Origin: Lytechinus pictus
Lineage: Eukaryota
Direction: 5' to 3'
Assembly (NCBI RefSeq): GCF_037042905.1
Contig: NC_087247.1
Location: 67,394,001 to 67,458,000, forward strand
Length of the DNA: 64,000 nucleotides
Under the pieces are notes generated by a model, which was not told the origin of the DNA, did no database searches, and saw only the letters and a program-made list of their open reading frames with translations. A program made the position numbers and the translations under genes. Below, piece by piece: positions 41,429 to 54,191 of the stretch. How positions within the stretch are numbered: the first letter of the stretch is position 1; every line of letters begins with the position of its first letter.

Positions 41429-41574
41429 AAGGTTCACACTCCCAGGGCCACTCTCACAGTAGTACAAATCCATGGAGCAGCAATGGCATGGCGCCAACGT
41501 CCAATAGCTTCCATTCCTTACATAACTCCAGTTCTTATTCTCAGGCAGGGGAATACCCTACACATGAACCTATG
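41429..41574 (+). CDS. TCF12: E-protein coding exon (E)GSHSQGHSHSSTNPWSSNGMAPTSNSFHSLHNSSSYSQAGEYPTHEPM
   Basis: Acceptor tttttgttgtcctag, donor ATG|gtgagt; 146 nt, phase 1->0. Homologous to TCF4 DGHHSSDPWSSSSGM...SSSY...HPHERL. Confidence 0.92.
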
Positions 41575-43313
41575 GTGAGTGACATTACATAACCCCAAAT
41601 TTGAAGGAGTGTAAGAGAAAAATCAAACAAGCATGACATAATTAAAAAAAAATCAAGGTTTGAAATAAAAAAAGTTTTGACAGTTATATAAAAAGTTATA
41701 TTGCACAACACAGGTTTATGCAAATGAGATAGGTGAAAATGTTGATCACTCACTATTTCTTTTATATTGTTTGAAATATAGAATATTTCAATTTTGGTGG
41801 CAGATTTGGCAGTAAGGAAACTTTTCATCAAATCATGATTGTTACAATAGCATGATTTAATAATGTAAAGAATGAATAAAAAAAAAGAGATATCCTTCTT
41901 TTCTATTTGCAATTTGAATGCTTTTGGGTATGTTCAATGAAGATTTTCCAAATTTGAATAACGTGAATCATAAATCAAAATTGTAATTACAAAACACAGA
42001 ACACAATCTGCGTGCGCTGTTCATGGTTGAAAATATGAAATTGATTATACAATGATTGTCTGTAAATTCCTCTCTCTAAAAAAAAACTAACTTCATTACA
42101 GCTTCCACTGCGAGATCACATTAAACTACTCAACTATGTTCAGTGTCGCATTTTGTTACATTCGCGATGCTGAAGGTTGTAAAATCTAAGTTGATTGTGT
42201 TTCAAAACGTACCTTTTCAGCGATTAAATTTTCCTTTGAATCAAGATCTCAAAGATGTTTACTTTCACAACTGAGAATGGGGTACATAGAACTTTCTCAT
42301 ATATATCTGAGTTCTTTGATTTTTTTTAATCATGATTCATGATTGTTCAAATTTGAAAATGGACATTGAACACACCCTTATACAGGTATTAGATGAGGTT
42401 ACGATGCTCATAGCAGTTCTGAGCATTTTGTGTTTTGTCTTTTATGGAGTGATTATAACCCCCATTGATACAGTGACTCCTTTCAGCTCTCATTAACTTC
42501 TCATTGCTCCCACATCCTGCCCTCAGACAGACAGACAGTCAGTCTAACCAACCGTAGCCTTGTCTTCTCTATAAGTGTTCCCACAATATTCACACCAAGC
42601 ACCTCATACTTGGCTTTGCACTGAACTTCCAGTCTCTAACCCCAGACCTTTTATGCTCCAGCAAAATAATTGACAACATAGTAAACAATAGATGACCTTT
42701 TAGCAGGTTTGCCCATCTACCTAAATGCGTCAGGATCCTAGAATATATCCCTCCCTATCCCAATCCAAAAGTATTCTCAATAAGATTGATTTGATTATAT
42801 CTCATTGAACAACATCTGAAAGGCTATCCTAGAAATTTGTGTGCTTTTTGATGTCTAAGCAGGTTTTTTCAGACAAAGTAATGCAGTATTAATGCATGTG
42901 ATATTCACTTTTTATTCTGCTTAAGTAAAATGTTGCCCAAGTAAAACAGAATACTGGTTTCCAAAGAGATTTGAATTGGGCAGACTCACCTGTACTTTGA
43001 TGAGACTTTGGTAGGCCAAATTTATACTGTATAGTGATTGACTTACATCATTCCAAGTAGTAGGCCTTATAGTAAATATATTGTAAATTGTCAATTTTTA
43101 CAAGTGATTTCCTGTTTTCAGATTCCTTGCTTTTTCAATGTCATTGATGACTGATGACAATACCAATTAATTTCCAATCATAGACTCTTTGATGTTCTGA
43201 AATGTATGAATATACATTTTGAAATATTTATGAAATTTTTTTTGGGACTGGGACTGCAGACTAAATTCCTGTTTGTGCAAATCGTAACCTCTTTGACCTC
43301 CATGAGGTCAAAG

Positions 43314-43520
43314 CTTCCTCCCTCCCCCTCTCTCTCCCTCTCTCCTTCCATCTTCTCTCTCTCTCCTTCCATCTTCTCTCTCTCTCTCCTTTCATCTTCT
43401 CTCCCTCTCTTTCTCTCTTCTCGCTATTTCTGGTACTCCTCTTCCCTTTCTCTAACTCTTTCCAATTCTCTTTATTATTTCTTTCCAGCTCTTCCTCTTT
43501 TTCCTTTTTCTCTCTTTTTG
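43314..43520 (+). repeat. CT-rich polypyrimidine low-complexity tract
   Basis: ctctccttccatcttctctct repeats. Confidence 0.85.
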
Positions 43521-44003
43521 GGCCTTTCAGCTTTTCCACTATGGGATGGTATATAAATTACCATTGGCCATGAGGGAATTGCCAAACTATGAAATTATAA
43601 GTGTTAGCTCTTAGGAAGAGAAACTGTAGCTACAAAGTTTTACAGCATCAACTTGAACCTTATTTCAGCCACAAGAATTGTTTCCTTCTACTTTTTTTAG
43701 ATAAGGATGATTTGATGATGTGCATATGTATCAGTACTACTACATCACTACTTTTTAGAACAATATACAATATTTCAACTCTTTTCATATATTCATTAAG
43801 AATTTTATGATTTAAAAAAGAAATTTTTAGTAACCTAGTTTTCACTCAAAAGCTTAACTTCCAAAACACTTTTGAGGTTTTGGGATAAAATTCAATCTAT
43901 TTACAAGAAGTACTTAAAAACTTAAAGAGTTTGTTTGTTGGAAGGGAGTGTTGCCTCTTGTTAAAGAAATGTTTGAAAGTGCATAAAGGTCTTTACATTT
44001 AAA

Positions 44004-44391
44004 GGCCATCGCACACCTACCTATTAGTCTATGACCTGATTTTGGAATAAAATGTAGTAGAACTTGATGCTAATGATGAGACATTTAATATGTCACTGTG
44101 TAATGTTCTAAATCGTACGAATAGCTATGTTCAAATCTGGGACTGCTATACCCTTATTAGAAAAAAAGCGAATTCAATTTCTAGTCATAATGACATCATA
44201 GCAGTCGTAAGATTGGTTACGATTTGAAACTAATTTGGATTTTATTCTAAAATATAGTCTTGCATTCATCCAAAATTGTTACATTAGTATTCTTACAGTT
44301 AAGTTGAACCTCAAATAAAAAATTTTTTTCTTTCGGATTTTCAGAAAATGCAATTTGTTCCCAAATCAGATCGTGGACCAGTCAGAAGGTC
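44004..44391. mobile_element. Diverged TIR element, right end truncated
   Basis: Left ggccatcgcacacct...tagtctatgacctgattttggaa is inversely matched by ttcccaaatcagatcgtggaccagtcagaaggt. Confidence 0.5.
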
Positions 44392-45737
44392 TCATAGTTA
44401 GAATGATACATATTATTGGTAAAGGGGAAACACAACAGAAAAAGTGTGGCAAAACAGGAAATTTAAACTGCAATAATCAAGATTGACTGGAATTGAAATA
44501 AAACTAAAAAAGAGACCAGTGCTGAAAGAGACACAAAAAGATCCAACTTAAGAGAATGAATCAGTGGTTGAAAAGCAATGTTTTTGGCATGTTAACACTG
44601 GTCAGACATGCTGGGAGGAAGAGTGAAATTTACATAATCAACAAGAGAAGGAAGGTCCTATTGGCAGACCACCAGGCTACCAATTATTAGTAGTTATTCC
44701 ATCAGTGTTACCATTCAAATAGAGTTAGTGCCAATGCTTTACATTCTAAATCAATTATCAAACGTAATAATTTTCAAACTCTTGACAGAGGGCTGGAAAG
44801 TTTCCACTTTCCAACCCCCAGGTATGACATAGGAGAATTACTAAAACGGGGATGAAAATTCATTTATATGCATGTCCCATCTTTAAGATAAGCTATAAAA
44901 TAGCTGCTACCTTGATTTGAGTTTACTTCACTTGTCACCAACAAAATATAGCCAGACCCTGTAGATTTCATCAATTTAAGCATGTAAGAAAAGCTATTTA
45001 TGATATTTATTGGTGATAGAAGTAACAAAAATCAAATGTGTAATCTGTAAGAAAACAAAAACTGTTTTCTCTGTGTACAAACCTATGAAATCACACCGCT
45101 TCTTAAACTGAATGACGTCATAGAGTTAGGCTGGTGAACAGCATATTGAAGCCTATATCCAAAGCTTGATAATTTGAGCTATTCTCAAGCAAAATCTGCT
45201 TGCAAGTGGTGAAAATGCTTAAACCTTTCATTGCTTTGTTTTGTAGTTTAAAAGCTTTTGATTGGTATTTACTTTGTCATTTCACTTTTGAGTTCGGTCG
45301 GGGTCTTTAAAGTCTGTACTTCGTTGGAGTATGGAAATGGCTATGAAGAGTATATAATTACATGAAAATTACAAGTATTATAGTGGTAACTTGTGTTGTA
45401 AACAAAGGAAAAATTATTCCCCTCTCACTCTGTCTTGTTGTTACCCCATTCCATCTCTCCTTCTCTCTGGCTTTGTTTCTCTCTCTCCCTCCTTTCCTCA
45501 AACAACTATCTAGACTTCTCTTCACATTCTCTTGACTTGTATTTTTAAAGTCATCCCATTAATTAGGATTAAACATAATTTTTTAAAAATTGCAAACATT
45601 CACAAAATTCTTAAGACCTTATGAGCTAAAACTATAAGCCTATACAAACCCCCAGCATACAATATGAATAAAACTGAATTAAAGAAATATTTTTTGTAAT
45701 AGATTGAAATGAATATTCTTGCTTTATGTGATTTCAG

Positions 45738-45876
45738 TATCAGAGTAGTAACAGCGGTATGTCATCAGGTCATGACCCTCTTAGTCTTCCTCCAATGACA
45801 ACGTTTAGACCAGGTACCACTAACACTGCCCCATACACCTCATCACCGCCCATTAATGGCACAGAGACAGTCATGT
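45738..45876 (+). CDS. TCF12: E-protein coding exon YQSSNSGMSSGHDPLSLPPMTTFRPGTTNTAPYTSSPPINGTETVM
   Basis: Acceptor gatttcag, donor T|gtaagt; 139 nt, phase 0->1. Contains the E-protein motifs SLPPM(S/T)TF and PPxNGT(D/E). Confidence 0.94.
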
Positions 45877-46483
45877 GTAAGTAACACAATCTACCTTTCA
45901 TTCCTCTTGGAGAACATATATGTGCTTTAAATCTATTTGTAGAGGATCATTTTAAAGTTTTTCCTTCTTTGAGTTATAAACCTTCTTATGTTATGCAAAA
46001 TAGGACATATAGTTTATAAAATTGTTGAATTTTAAAACATATCAGAGCATGAAACTTTACCCTAATGTACAAGAAACACTAAACGAACCCTAAACAAATG
46101 AAAGTTTGAAGATTATAACAACCCCTCCGTAAAAGGTGAATTTTATATAATTTTTGTCCTTCAGAGAGGACCTTTAGATATTGGTCATCTGCTCATGAAC
46201 AAGTATTCATACTTTCATACCAGGTAGAAACTAACAGCCAACAAAATGATGGATAACTTTGTTCAAATTTAGTTATAGGCTACATGCATGTTTTATTTTT
46301 GGTAATATTATCCTTTGCCAGTGTAAAATGTTGATTTAAAGAATATGTTTTCATATAAATAATAATGATTTACTACATTTATAATATTGAAAAAAATTCT
46401 TTCATGTCCTTATTGCAGTAACCTATATTGATTAGAGGGTCTTAATCAACACAATTTTTTATTATTTATCTTTGATTTGACAG

Positions 46484-46566
46484 CAAGTAGTAGAGGGAAT
46501 GGCACAAATAACTCATCAGGTTCCAGCTCACATACAGGAGCTGCACTTGGCAAAGCTCTAGCATCT
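46484..46566 (+). CDS. TCF12: E-protein coding exon (S)SSRGNGTNNSSGSSSHTGAALGKALAS
   Basis: Acceptor tttgatttgacag, donor TCT|gtaagt; 83 nt, phase 1->0. Carries the diagnostic E-protein motif SQTGDALGKALAS, with the intron at the same position as in vertebrates (just before IYSPDH). Confidence 0.95.
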
Positions 46567-46949
46567 GTAAGTAAAAGAATGGCTTCGTTTCTTGGAAGCA
46601 TGTTGAAGGATGAGAATAATGGTTGTTGTGAGGAAAAAAAGAGTAGGATAAAGTTTTAAAAAGTCATAATAAGCATTTTCACATACCCTGCAAATGAGCA
46701 GTGAAAGGTCATTTAAGATAAACCATCAAGGTACTATTCATATTCATGAACATACATATTCATGATTTGATGATTATTCATACATTCCTTTATAGAATTA
46801 TTTTTATCACATCCATTGAATAGCAACAAAGTGTTCATATTCACTAGTATTTGACAGTGGCCCAAATAATAGTCAATGTTCTGAATTCAGATAATACCAT
46901 AAATAAATACCAAACTTGATCACTGACATACTTTTTTTAGTCACCTAAG

Positions 46950-47078
46950 CCCAGGGCTCCGTTTACATAAAAGTTACTATCATGGTATCTTTGCCATCCA
47001 TTGGTAACTTCCATGGTAACAATGATCAACAGCCAATCAGAGTGGATGCAAGTTACCATTGGATGGCAAAGTTACCCT
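46950..47078. repeat. Short palindromic MITE fragment
   Basis: ctttgccatccattggtaactt is nearly inverse-complementary to aagttaccattggatggcaaag. Confidence 0.6.
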
Positions 47079-50000
47079 GATCTTTCTTTCATAGAATTTT
47101 TAATACTACAGAATGCTATGTCCGGAAAGCTTAGGCAACGCCTTAATTTTAAGTGTTATTGCTCATTTTAATGAAAATCTGAGAGGTTATTTGAGAAAAA
47201 GATGATGATGAGCTAACTGTGAACTGGCTTATTGTAGTTTGAGGTTTTATTTTTTTTTGGATTTTTTATGAGCAGTGAAAACTGTTGCTCAATGGTTTAA
47301 TAATGCACACTAACAGTATTAAGGGGGGGGGGGGTGGGCTCTAAAAATAAGTATTTTTTGACAGACAGGCAAGTCACCTATTAACAGCAACATTATATGA
47401 TGTTTACAGAGATGCCATGTTCTGAGTGCTTGACCAATGCCAATTATCATAGTGCACATATGCTGATATGATGCCATTCTTACCTCGGCTCATGTCCAGA
47501 TTTTTTTGATAGAAATGGTTTTATCTAGCTCACTCTTCTGTTTGGAAGAAATATATAAATCTCATCAGCCCAGGGAGGCAGAACAATCCCTTTGACCTTC
47601 CTGATTGGCTAGTGCATACACAAGCAGTTAAGGCACACCATTTAAACCGTTGAAGCCATTCACACCATCTTGCTCTTAACGCTAAAAGCTTGAATTCTCT
47701 GTGCAAGAGAAACTGGATGTTGACTGTAGGTAAAATCTGTCTGCTGCCAACTAGTGGCCAAATCAATCCTAATTGAGGTGGAAGAAAGAGGCCAGTGAAG
47801 CTCAATGCATGCACTCTATTATGGATAATATTTATTTTTTTGAACTAGTTTGGATGGTGGGATATAATCATACAGAGGAATGTATGTTAGCTTTGGAAGG
47901 TTATATCAACATTGATGCTTAAGAAAGGTATTAGAATCTTATACAGAGAGGCCTATATACCATTCTTCCCTTAGCCTTCCAATTTTTCTCACCTTGTTTT
48001 CACACCATCTTTCCATGTCTGTCTTGTTTCCTCTTTTCTCTCACTGTCACAGATCTTCCCATAAGTTGTATAGTGAAAACTTTGGCAGCTCAGTTAATGT
48101 TACGTTTTATTCATATACTTTTGAAAAGATTAAATCATGTAAAAGTGTGTAAGGTAACCGTTAAAATTAAATGGGATTACCATCCCCTTTGTCCGCCAAG
48201 TTCGTGCTCTGAGCTCATCATTTCCAACAACTCGTACTCCCTCTGGAACTATAATGATTGTCTTGGTAAAGTTTGGGAGTACTCTTGGGGCTAGAGGGAT
48301 CCAGGCTAATGGGAGATGGGGTACAAATTTAATCGGTGATGGAAGAACTTAACAAATTTTGCCCATTTTCATTGTATTTTCTTAAACTTTTCTGCAGACT
48401 GTTTTTAAGTGTTTAGTCTCCACAAGTGTACTCTTATTGCTGATTCACTTTTATGCTTATTGAATTCAAAGCTTGCAACATGAAAGAACAAACTAGCGTA
48501 AACTTCTGTTTTATGTTTTAACGTAGGCCTACCAGGCTACCACACTCCTCAATACAAATCTTTTGGTGTGATGAGGGCACTGTATGTAGAATCCATGATA
48601 GAATTAAGAAATTATTATTGTAGTTTGCACTAAGAATATGGGAGAAAACGTCTCATATTTGCGATTGAATCACAGGTCATCATGACAGTAGCCTGGTATG
48701 ATGATTACTTCAATTGAATACCATAAAATGTGAAATTTACCTGACTATATAATTGGCTTCCCCTCGGGGTTTTGTCTAAGTAGATACCATTGCTGAAACA
48801 AGAAATCCCTGGTATTAGCATTGTCCTATATTTGTCATATCACAATATCTCATCAATAACCAGTAAGGGAAAAAACATGATCATCAAGAAATAATAAGTT
48901 GCTAGATTGGCTAATTGAGAAAAATATTCAGAAACTGAAGTTCCATCAGCCCGGCAATTTACTGATTTATGAGCGGTAGCGCCACCAGAATAAACATGGT
49001 AATAATTCTGAAATCCCTTAGAGGATGTGATGTGTACTTTTCTCATATTACTCCCATACATATTTGTCTATCATGTCATACTGGTTTTGTTGTATAGAAA
49101 GAATATGATTACCAATCTGGTGCACAATCTCAACTCATGACAGTAAATTATTATGCAAATTTAGAAGATATGTCTCAATACACCTGTAATAATTGAAATA
49201 CAAACATCTTGAACAAATATCCATAAATATTATAAATGCTTCTTTTACCAAAATCAGAAAGATCTGATTTTAAAGACTACTTTGTACTTGCTCTTCATTC
49301 ATTCGAAAACAGCAACATGTGGAGAAGTTATTATAGTCGGGCCTTATCCCCCCTCCCATCGTTATCCTCTCTTTCCTTCTACTTTTTTTTTTATTTGGTC
49401 ATTAACATCTTACTCCCTGGTTATAATGTAATAGGAATATGGGACACTTTAATTGGAATCTTCCATTACCACCATGGGGGTGCAAAAATCATGCATGCAA
49501 GGGAGTATATTTTGTACTGGCAGTAGGCCCTACATATTTTATGTTCTGTGTGAATCATGGCTATGATAGGACTTAAATATAGTGTTGAGAACTTAAGATG
49601 TAATTCATACTTAAATAATGAAATTCTCTGATTTAAGTGATAAAAATTATAAAATTAAAACTTCTTGTCACCAACTGAATGTTTTTTTCTTAAGAGTTTT
49701 ACTTTTATCTTAAGAGATATACATAAAAAACACATTTTATGTAATGATCTACTCTAAGATTTATACTGTGTTATAATATATTGGAAAAATGATATTAAGA
49801 ATATCCCAATGTTGGCATTTTCCCTTTCTTCTTTTCAACAAAATTTATATTGGACCAAAGGTTAGGTTTAATGTACTATATCATATGGTATTGTTGCTTC
49901 ATTGGAAGATACTATTCAGTTGATATGTTGTGGTGTGCAGCTTTAAGATAGAGTTAGTAGACTGAGAGTTTAGAACGAATCATGATATGTCCCTTTAAAA

Positions 50001-50287
50001 TGTATAGACTGTGTAGTCCCATACATATTGGTTTGTCGTGGCTGTGAAATGTCAAGGCGTCAGGCCTTGTCAGCTGACAATCCAGTGACTGATAAGTAGC
50101 AGCCAAGAATTTGACAGAATGCTGGTAAACCATGGCATTCCAACAGGAGATTCCCTCCATTTGGGATTCATATGGTTTGTAGACTTACTAAATGATTCAT
50201 CCTATGCAAGCACTTGTTATGGTTCTTGAATTAATCAAGGAATAGGCCTACCATTCATAAAGAGAAAGCTGAAGATCAAGATGCATA

Positions 50288-51420
50288 TTTGTCTCGCCTG
50301 CATAGCAGAACAAGACTAAAGGCGCCGCTTTTCCGACGGTGATGGCGTCGTCTTCAACATTGAAATTTTAACCAAGGTTAAGTTTTTAAAATGTCATCAT
50401 AACTTTATATGGACCTGGCTCATGAAACTTGGACATAAGGGTAATCAAGTATTACTGAACATCTTGCCTGAGTTTCAGGTCACTTGACCAAGGTCAAAGG
50501 TTATTTAAGGTCAATGAACTTAAACCATGTTGGGGGAATCAATATCGAAATCTTAACCAAGGTTAAGTTTTTGAAATGTTGTCATAACTTTGAAAGTATA
50601 TGGACCTAGTTCATAAAACTTAGGCATAAGGGTAATAGTGTATCACTGAAGATCCTGCATGAGTTTCAGGTCACATGAATGAGGTCAAAGTTCACTAAGG
50701 GTCAAAAATCTTTGGCCACATTGGGGTTATTTGAGGAATTTTCATCATAACTTTAAAAGTTTATGGATCTAGTTCATGAAACTTGGACATAAGAGCAGCC
50801 ATGTATCCCTGAATATCATCTGCAAGTTTTAGGGTCACATGATCAAGGTGAAATGTCACTTACGGTCAATGAACTTTGGCCATGTTTGGGTTATTTAAGG
50901 AATTATCATAACTTTGAAATTGTATGGATCGAGTTCATGAAACTTGCACATGAGAGCAATCAAGTTTCAGGTAACATGACCAGGGTCAAAGGTCATTTTG
51001 GGCCATCAAACTTTGGCAATGTTGGGGGTACTTGTGGAACTGTCATAACTTTTAAAGTTTATGGATCTAGTTCATGAAACTTGGACATAAGAGCAGACAA
51101 GATCAAAGGTCATTTAAAGGTCAATGAACTCTGGCCATGTTGGGAGTATGTGTTGAATTGGCATCATAACTTATGAAGTTTATGGATCTAGCTCATGAAA
51201 CATCGATATAAGGGTAATCAAGTATGAATGATTGTTTTGTGCATGTCTTAGGTCACATGATCATGGTCAAAGGTCATTTTGGGTCAATGGACATAATATT
51301 TTATTATCATATTAGTGTTTTCTTCTGTGAATAATTATTCATTAGCTGTTTTCAAAGGCAGCACTGCTGCTATATCGAATTGCATAATGCAGGAGAGACT
51401 GCCAGAGGCGTTCCACTTGT
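50288..51420 (+). mobile_element. Helentron-associated-like (HINE/DINE-type) element with internal tandem array
   Basis: Subterminal inverted repeat gtctcgcctgc / gcaggagagac; T-rich insertion site; about six degenerate units with cataacttt...tatggatctagttcatgaaacttggacataag...ggtcacatgaccaaggtcaaaggtca. The classification is inferred from structure. Confidence 0.7.
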
Positions 51421-52976
51421 AATTTAATTACATCACAACTACTCAACTCCAGTTTTAACTGTAAAAAGATAATATAGTTTTGACAGTTTAATTGCATTAT
51501 CTCCCCGTCCCATTTCATATGTCTTTTAGGGTATTAATCCTTCTTTGGGGGGGGGGGTACATTGTTGTAGCTGGTTAATGATACTGTTCATGAAATATTT
51601 GAGAATTTAAGGACATACCATAATATGACAAGAATATTTTAAGAAGAAGCAGAGTATATTTTATTTGTTAGGATATTAACATGGTTTGTCCCTACGGACA
51701 GTGTCTTTTGAAAGGAAGTATGATGGAGACTGTTAGTCCCACTTTGTCTCTCTGATCACTTTATAGTCTCGTAATCAGGAAAGCGTTCAAGGACAGACCT
51801 TACCAGCAAGAGGAAGGCTCCAGTTTGTTCTTTTTATGCTCAATTTACTTCCATGACATTTTTACCTTCCTTTCAGAATCAAGATTAAAGATAACCATCA
51901 ACTCTAATCTCATTTCTTCTTTTTCTTCAGGAAAGCCTAATTCTGTGTCATAATTCGCTTGTTAATTGCAATTATGTTTTCCTAATAACTTGTAACAGTT
52001 GTCCCAGCAGAGAGGTGAAACATTCATATAGATATTAAAACTCTATTGGCAGCGTCTTAAAGATATAATTAATTTTAATTTTTGGTGATAAATTGATCTG
52101 GTTCATTGCCAATTCGAACATATCGTTGAAGTGAAATACAGAAGAAGATGGAAATATACAGCTCAAGATTAGTCAATTAGAATCTTCCTAGACATTAAAA
52201 AAATTATGAACACTGATTTTTATCAGTGTTCATATTCAGTTACGGTGTTATGGATATGTTTCCTCATGTGAATCATAAGTGGATAAGAGTAAGAAAAATA
52301 TCAATTTGTAGCAAAAATGTTTTATTTCCTTAAGCTTATAAAATAATCTTTTAAAGAAGAAATATTTTATTTTGTTGTCAGTCATTAATTACATCATGTC
52401 CTGGTGAGGATGTTTTGAGGAAGTAAGGTGATATAATGGTGTATCTAATTTCTACCCTTAGGATTGCAATTTCCTTTTTACTTTTCTTTGAAACAATGTG
52501 ATTTGTTGAAATCTATATTACCAGTTCGAATTTCCAGTGGTCACTGGTCAGACACATCATTAAAGAGATTGGGTAACTTTGAAGAGATATAAAAAAATCT
52601 GAGTTGTGGGCTTTACATGCTGTCAGTGCATACAATAACATTTCAAGAGAAAACTCTGAAAATGATCATTTCATAAGTATCATTACATGCTCAGCAATAA
52701 TGAAATAAGAATGATTATTTTTATCTCCATAGCCTACAGTGTTGACTAAGTTACATATACACTTTTAACTGTAGTCATCATCACAGCAATTGAGTGGCTG
52801 ATTCATTTAAAAATCTCAGGTGATTCCTGTCCGACTTAAAGGTTTTGAAATTAAGATTACCGATTTAGCTTCAAGAGAAATAATATTCTAGTTATTGCAA
52901 AAGTTGGGAGTGAAAATAATAATGATAGGGGTCTGTTTCAAGCCGTCTTTGCTAAGCCATGGGTCAGGGTTTTCAC

Positions 52977-53447
52977 CGGGAGGGGGCACTCAGTTTATGC
53001 GTGGTGGGTATGTGCCGTGGAGGGGACCCCCATTTTTACACTAAAATTTCTTTTCCAAAGTATAGCATTTCATTCTTATCGAGAAAAAATAAGAAAGAAA
53101 TCCGTTCCAAAGTTTCGCAATTTTTTCGTTACGCCGTTCCGGCCCATTGATGTGCTATAATGAGCTGCAATTTTGGTGAAAAGCGGCTGCAGAGTGCTGT
53201 CCGACCATCACCTCTGCGCGAGCGCACCCAGTGCTAGCTAGCTGCATGCATGTATGCCCGTTCCATAGGGATGCATACGCACTCCCACGTAGGCGACCTG
53301 TTCCAAGGACCCCCATTTTCACTAACATTTGTAGTTACGAAGGCCGTTCCGAGCACCCTCCTTTTTACCATAGGCCCGCTCCAAAGCCCCCCTTTTTTTT
53401 ATGGCACATACCTTCCACTTTTTCGGTCGAGTACCCCCCCCCCCCCT
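52977..53447. mobile_element. GC-rich non-autonomous TIR element
   Basis: Ends gggggcactc...ggtatgtgcc and ggcacatacc...gagtaccccc; internal ggacccccattttt and ccgttcc repeats. Confidence 0.7.
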
Positions 53448-54055
53448 TGGGGGGTTTTCATTGCAGTACATAGGCCTACAACTTTGAAGTGTGTAAAAAG
53501 TATTCCATGATCACTGAGCCTAGCTGAAGATCTGAAAAAAGAAGTCCCCAGTCTTTATACCGATTGCATTTGATTGCACTGTTTCTGTAATGCAACCCTA
53601 ATTTGGTTAAGTAGTGCATCCCTTGTGAACCTTGTATGTATGAGTTTCATTAGTCTGAGGTCAGTATAAATAAAGTTGCTGAAACTTTTTTGTTTTTTTC
53701 CAGTGCAGTCTACAACCCTTTGTTCACTGGCATTTTTTTTTCTTAAACCCTGTACTATAGGTGGTGCAATATGACAAGTGGGCTAACCCACCTATTATGC
53801 GGGACTATCTCGCCCTGCAAAATAACGGTTAGCCAGGAAATTGCACTATTAAAGTCCGGGCTTCAGAGTTATTAGCCAAGCTAAAGTGGCGTATAGAAGG
53901 GGGCTTTGGGGGTGCAACTTTTTTTTAATAAACTTTGCCCAATACGCCGTATTTGACCCCCTCAAATTATTTTGGCTCATTCCGCCACCGCGATGCTCCA
54001 TGTATGCCCTCTGTCCAACTTAGCCAGAGCTGTTGTCCAATCAGAGATAAACACT

Positions 54056-54191
54056 CCAGGGTCCTGTACCACAAAGGTTAGCAATTGATCGTACGCTTGA
54101 TTTTTATGATTGATTGTACATTGTAGTCAATGTAATCAGTTGTAGAAAAATGTTCTACGATCATTGCTAAGCTTTGTGTTACGGGACCTAG
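54056..54191. mobile_element. Short palindromic MITE
   Basis: ggtcctgtaccacaaaggttagcaattgatcgta pairs with tacgatcattgctaagctttgtgttacgggacc. Confidence 0.75.

Noticed and set aside
43178-43556. Glu/Arg-rich and Ser/Leu-rich ORFs
   Set aside because: Artefacts of a CT/AG low-complexity tract.
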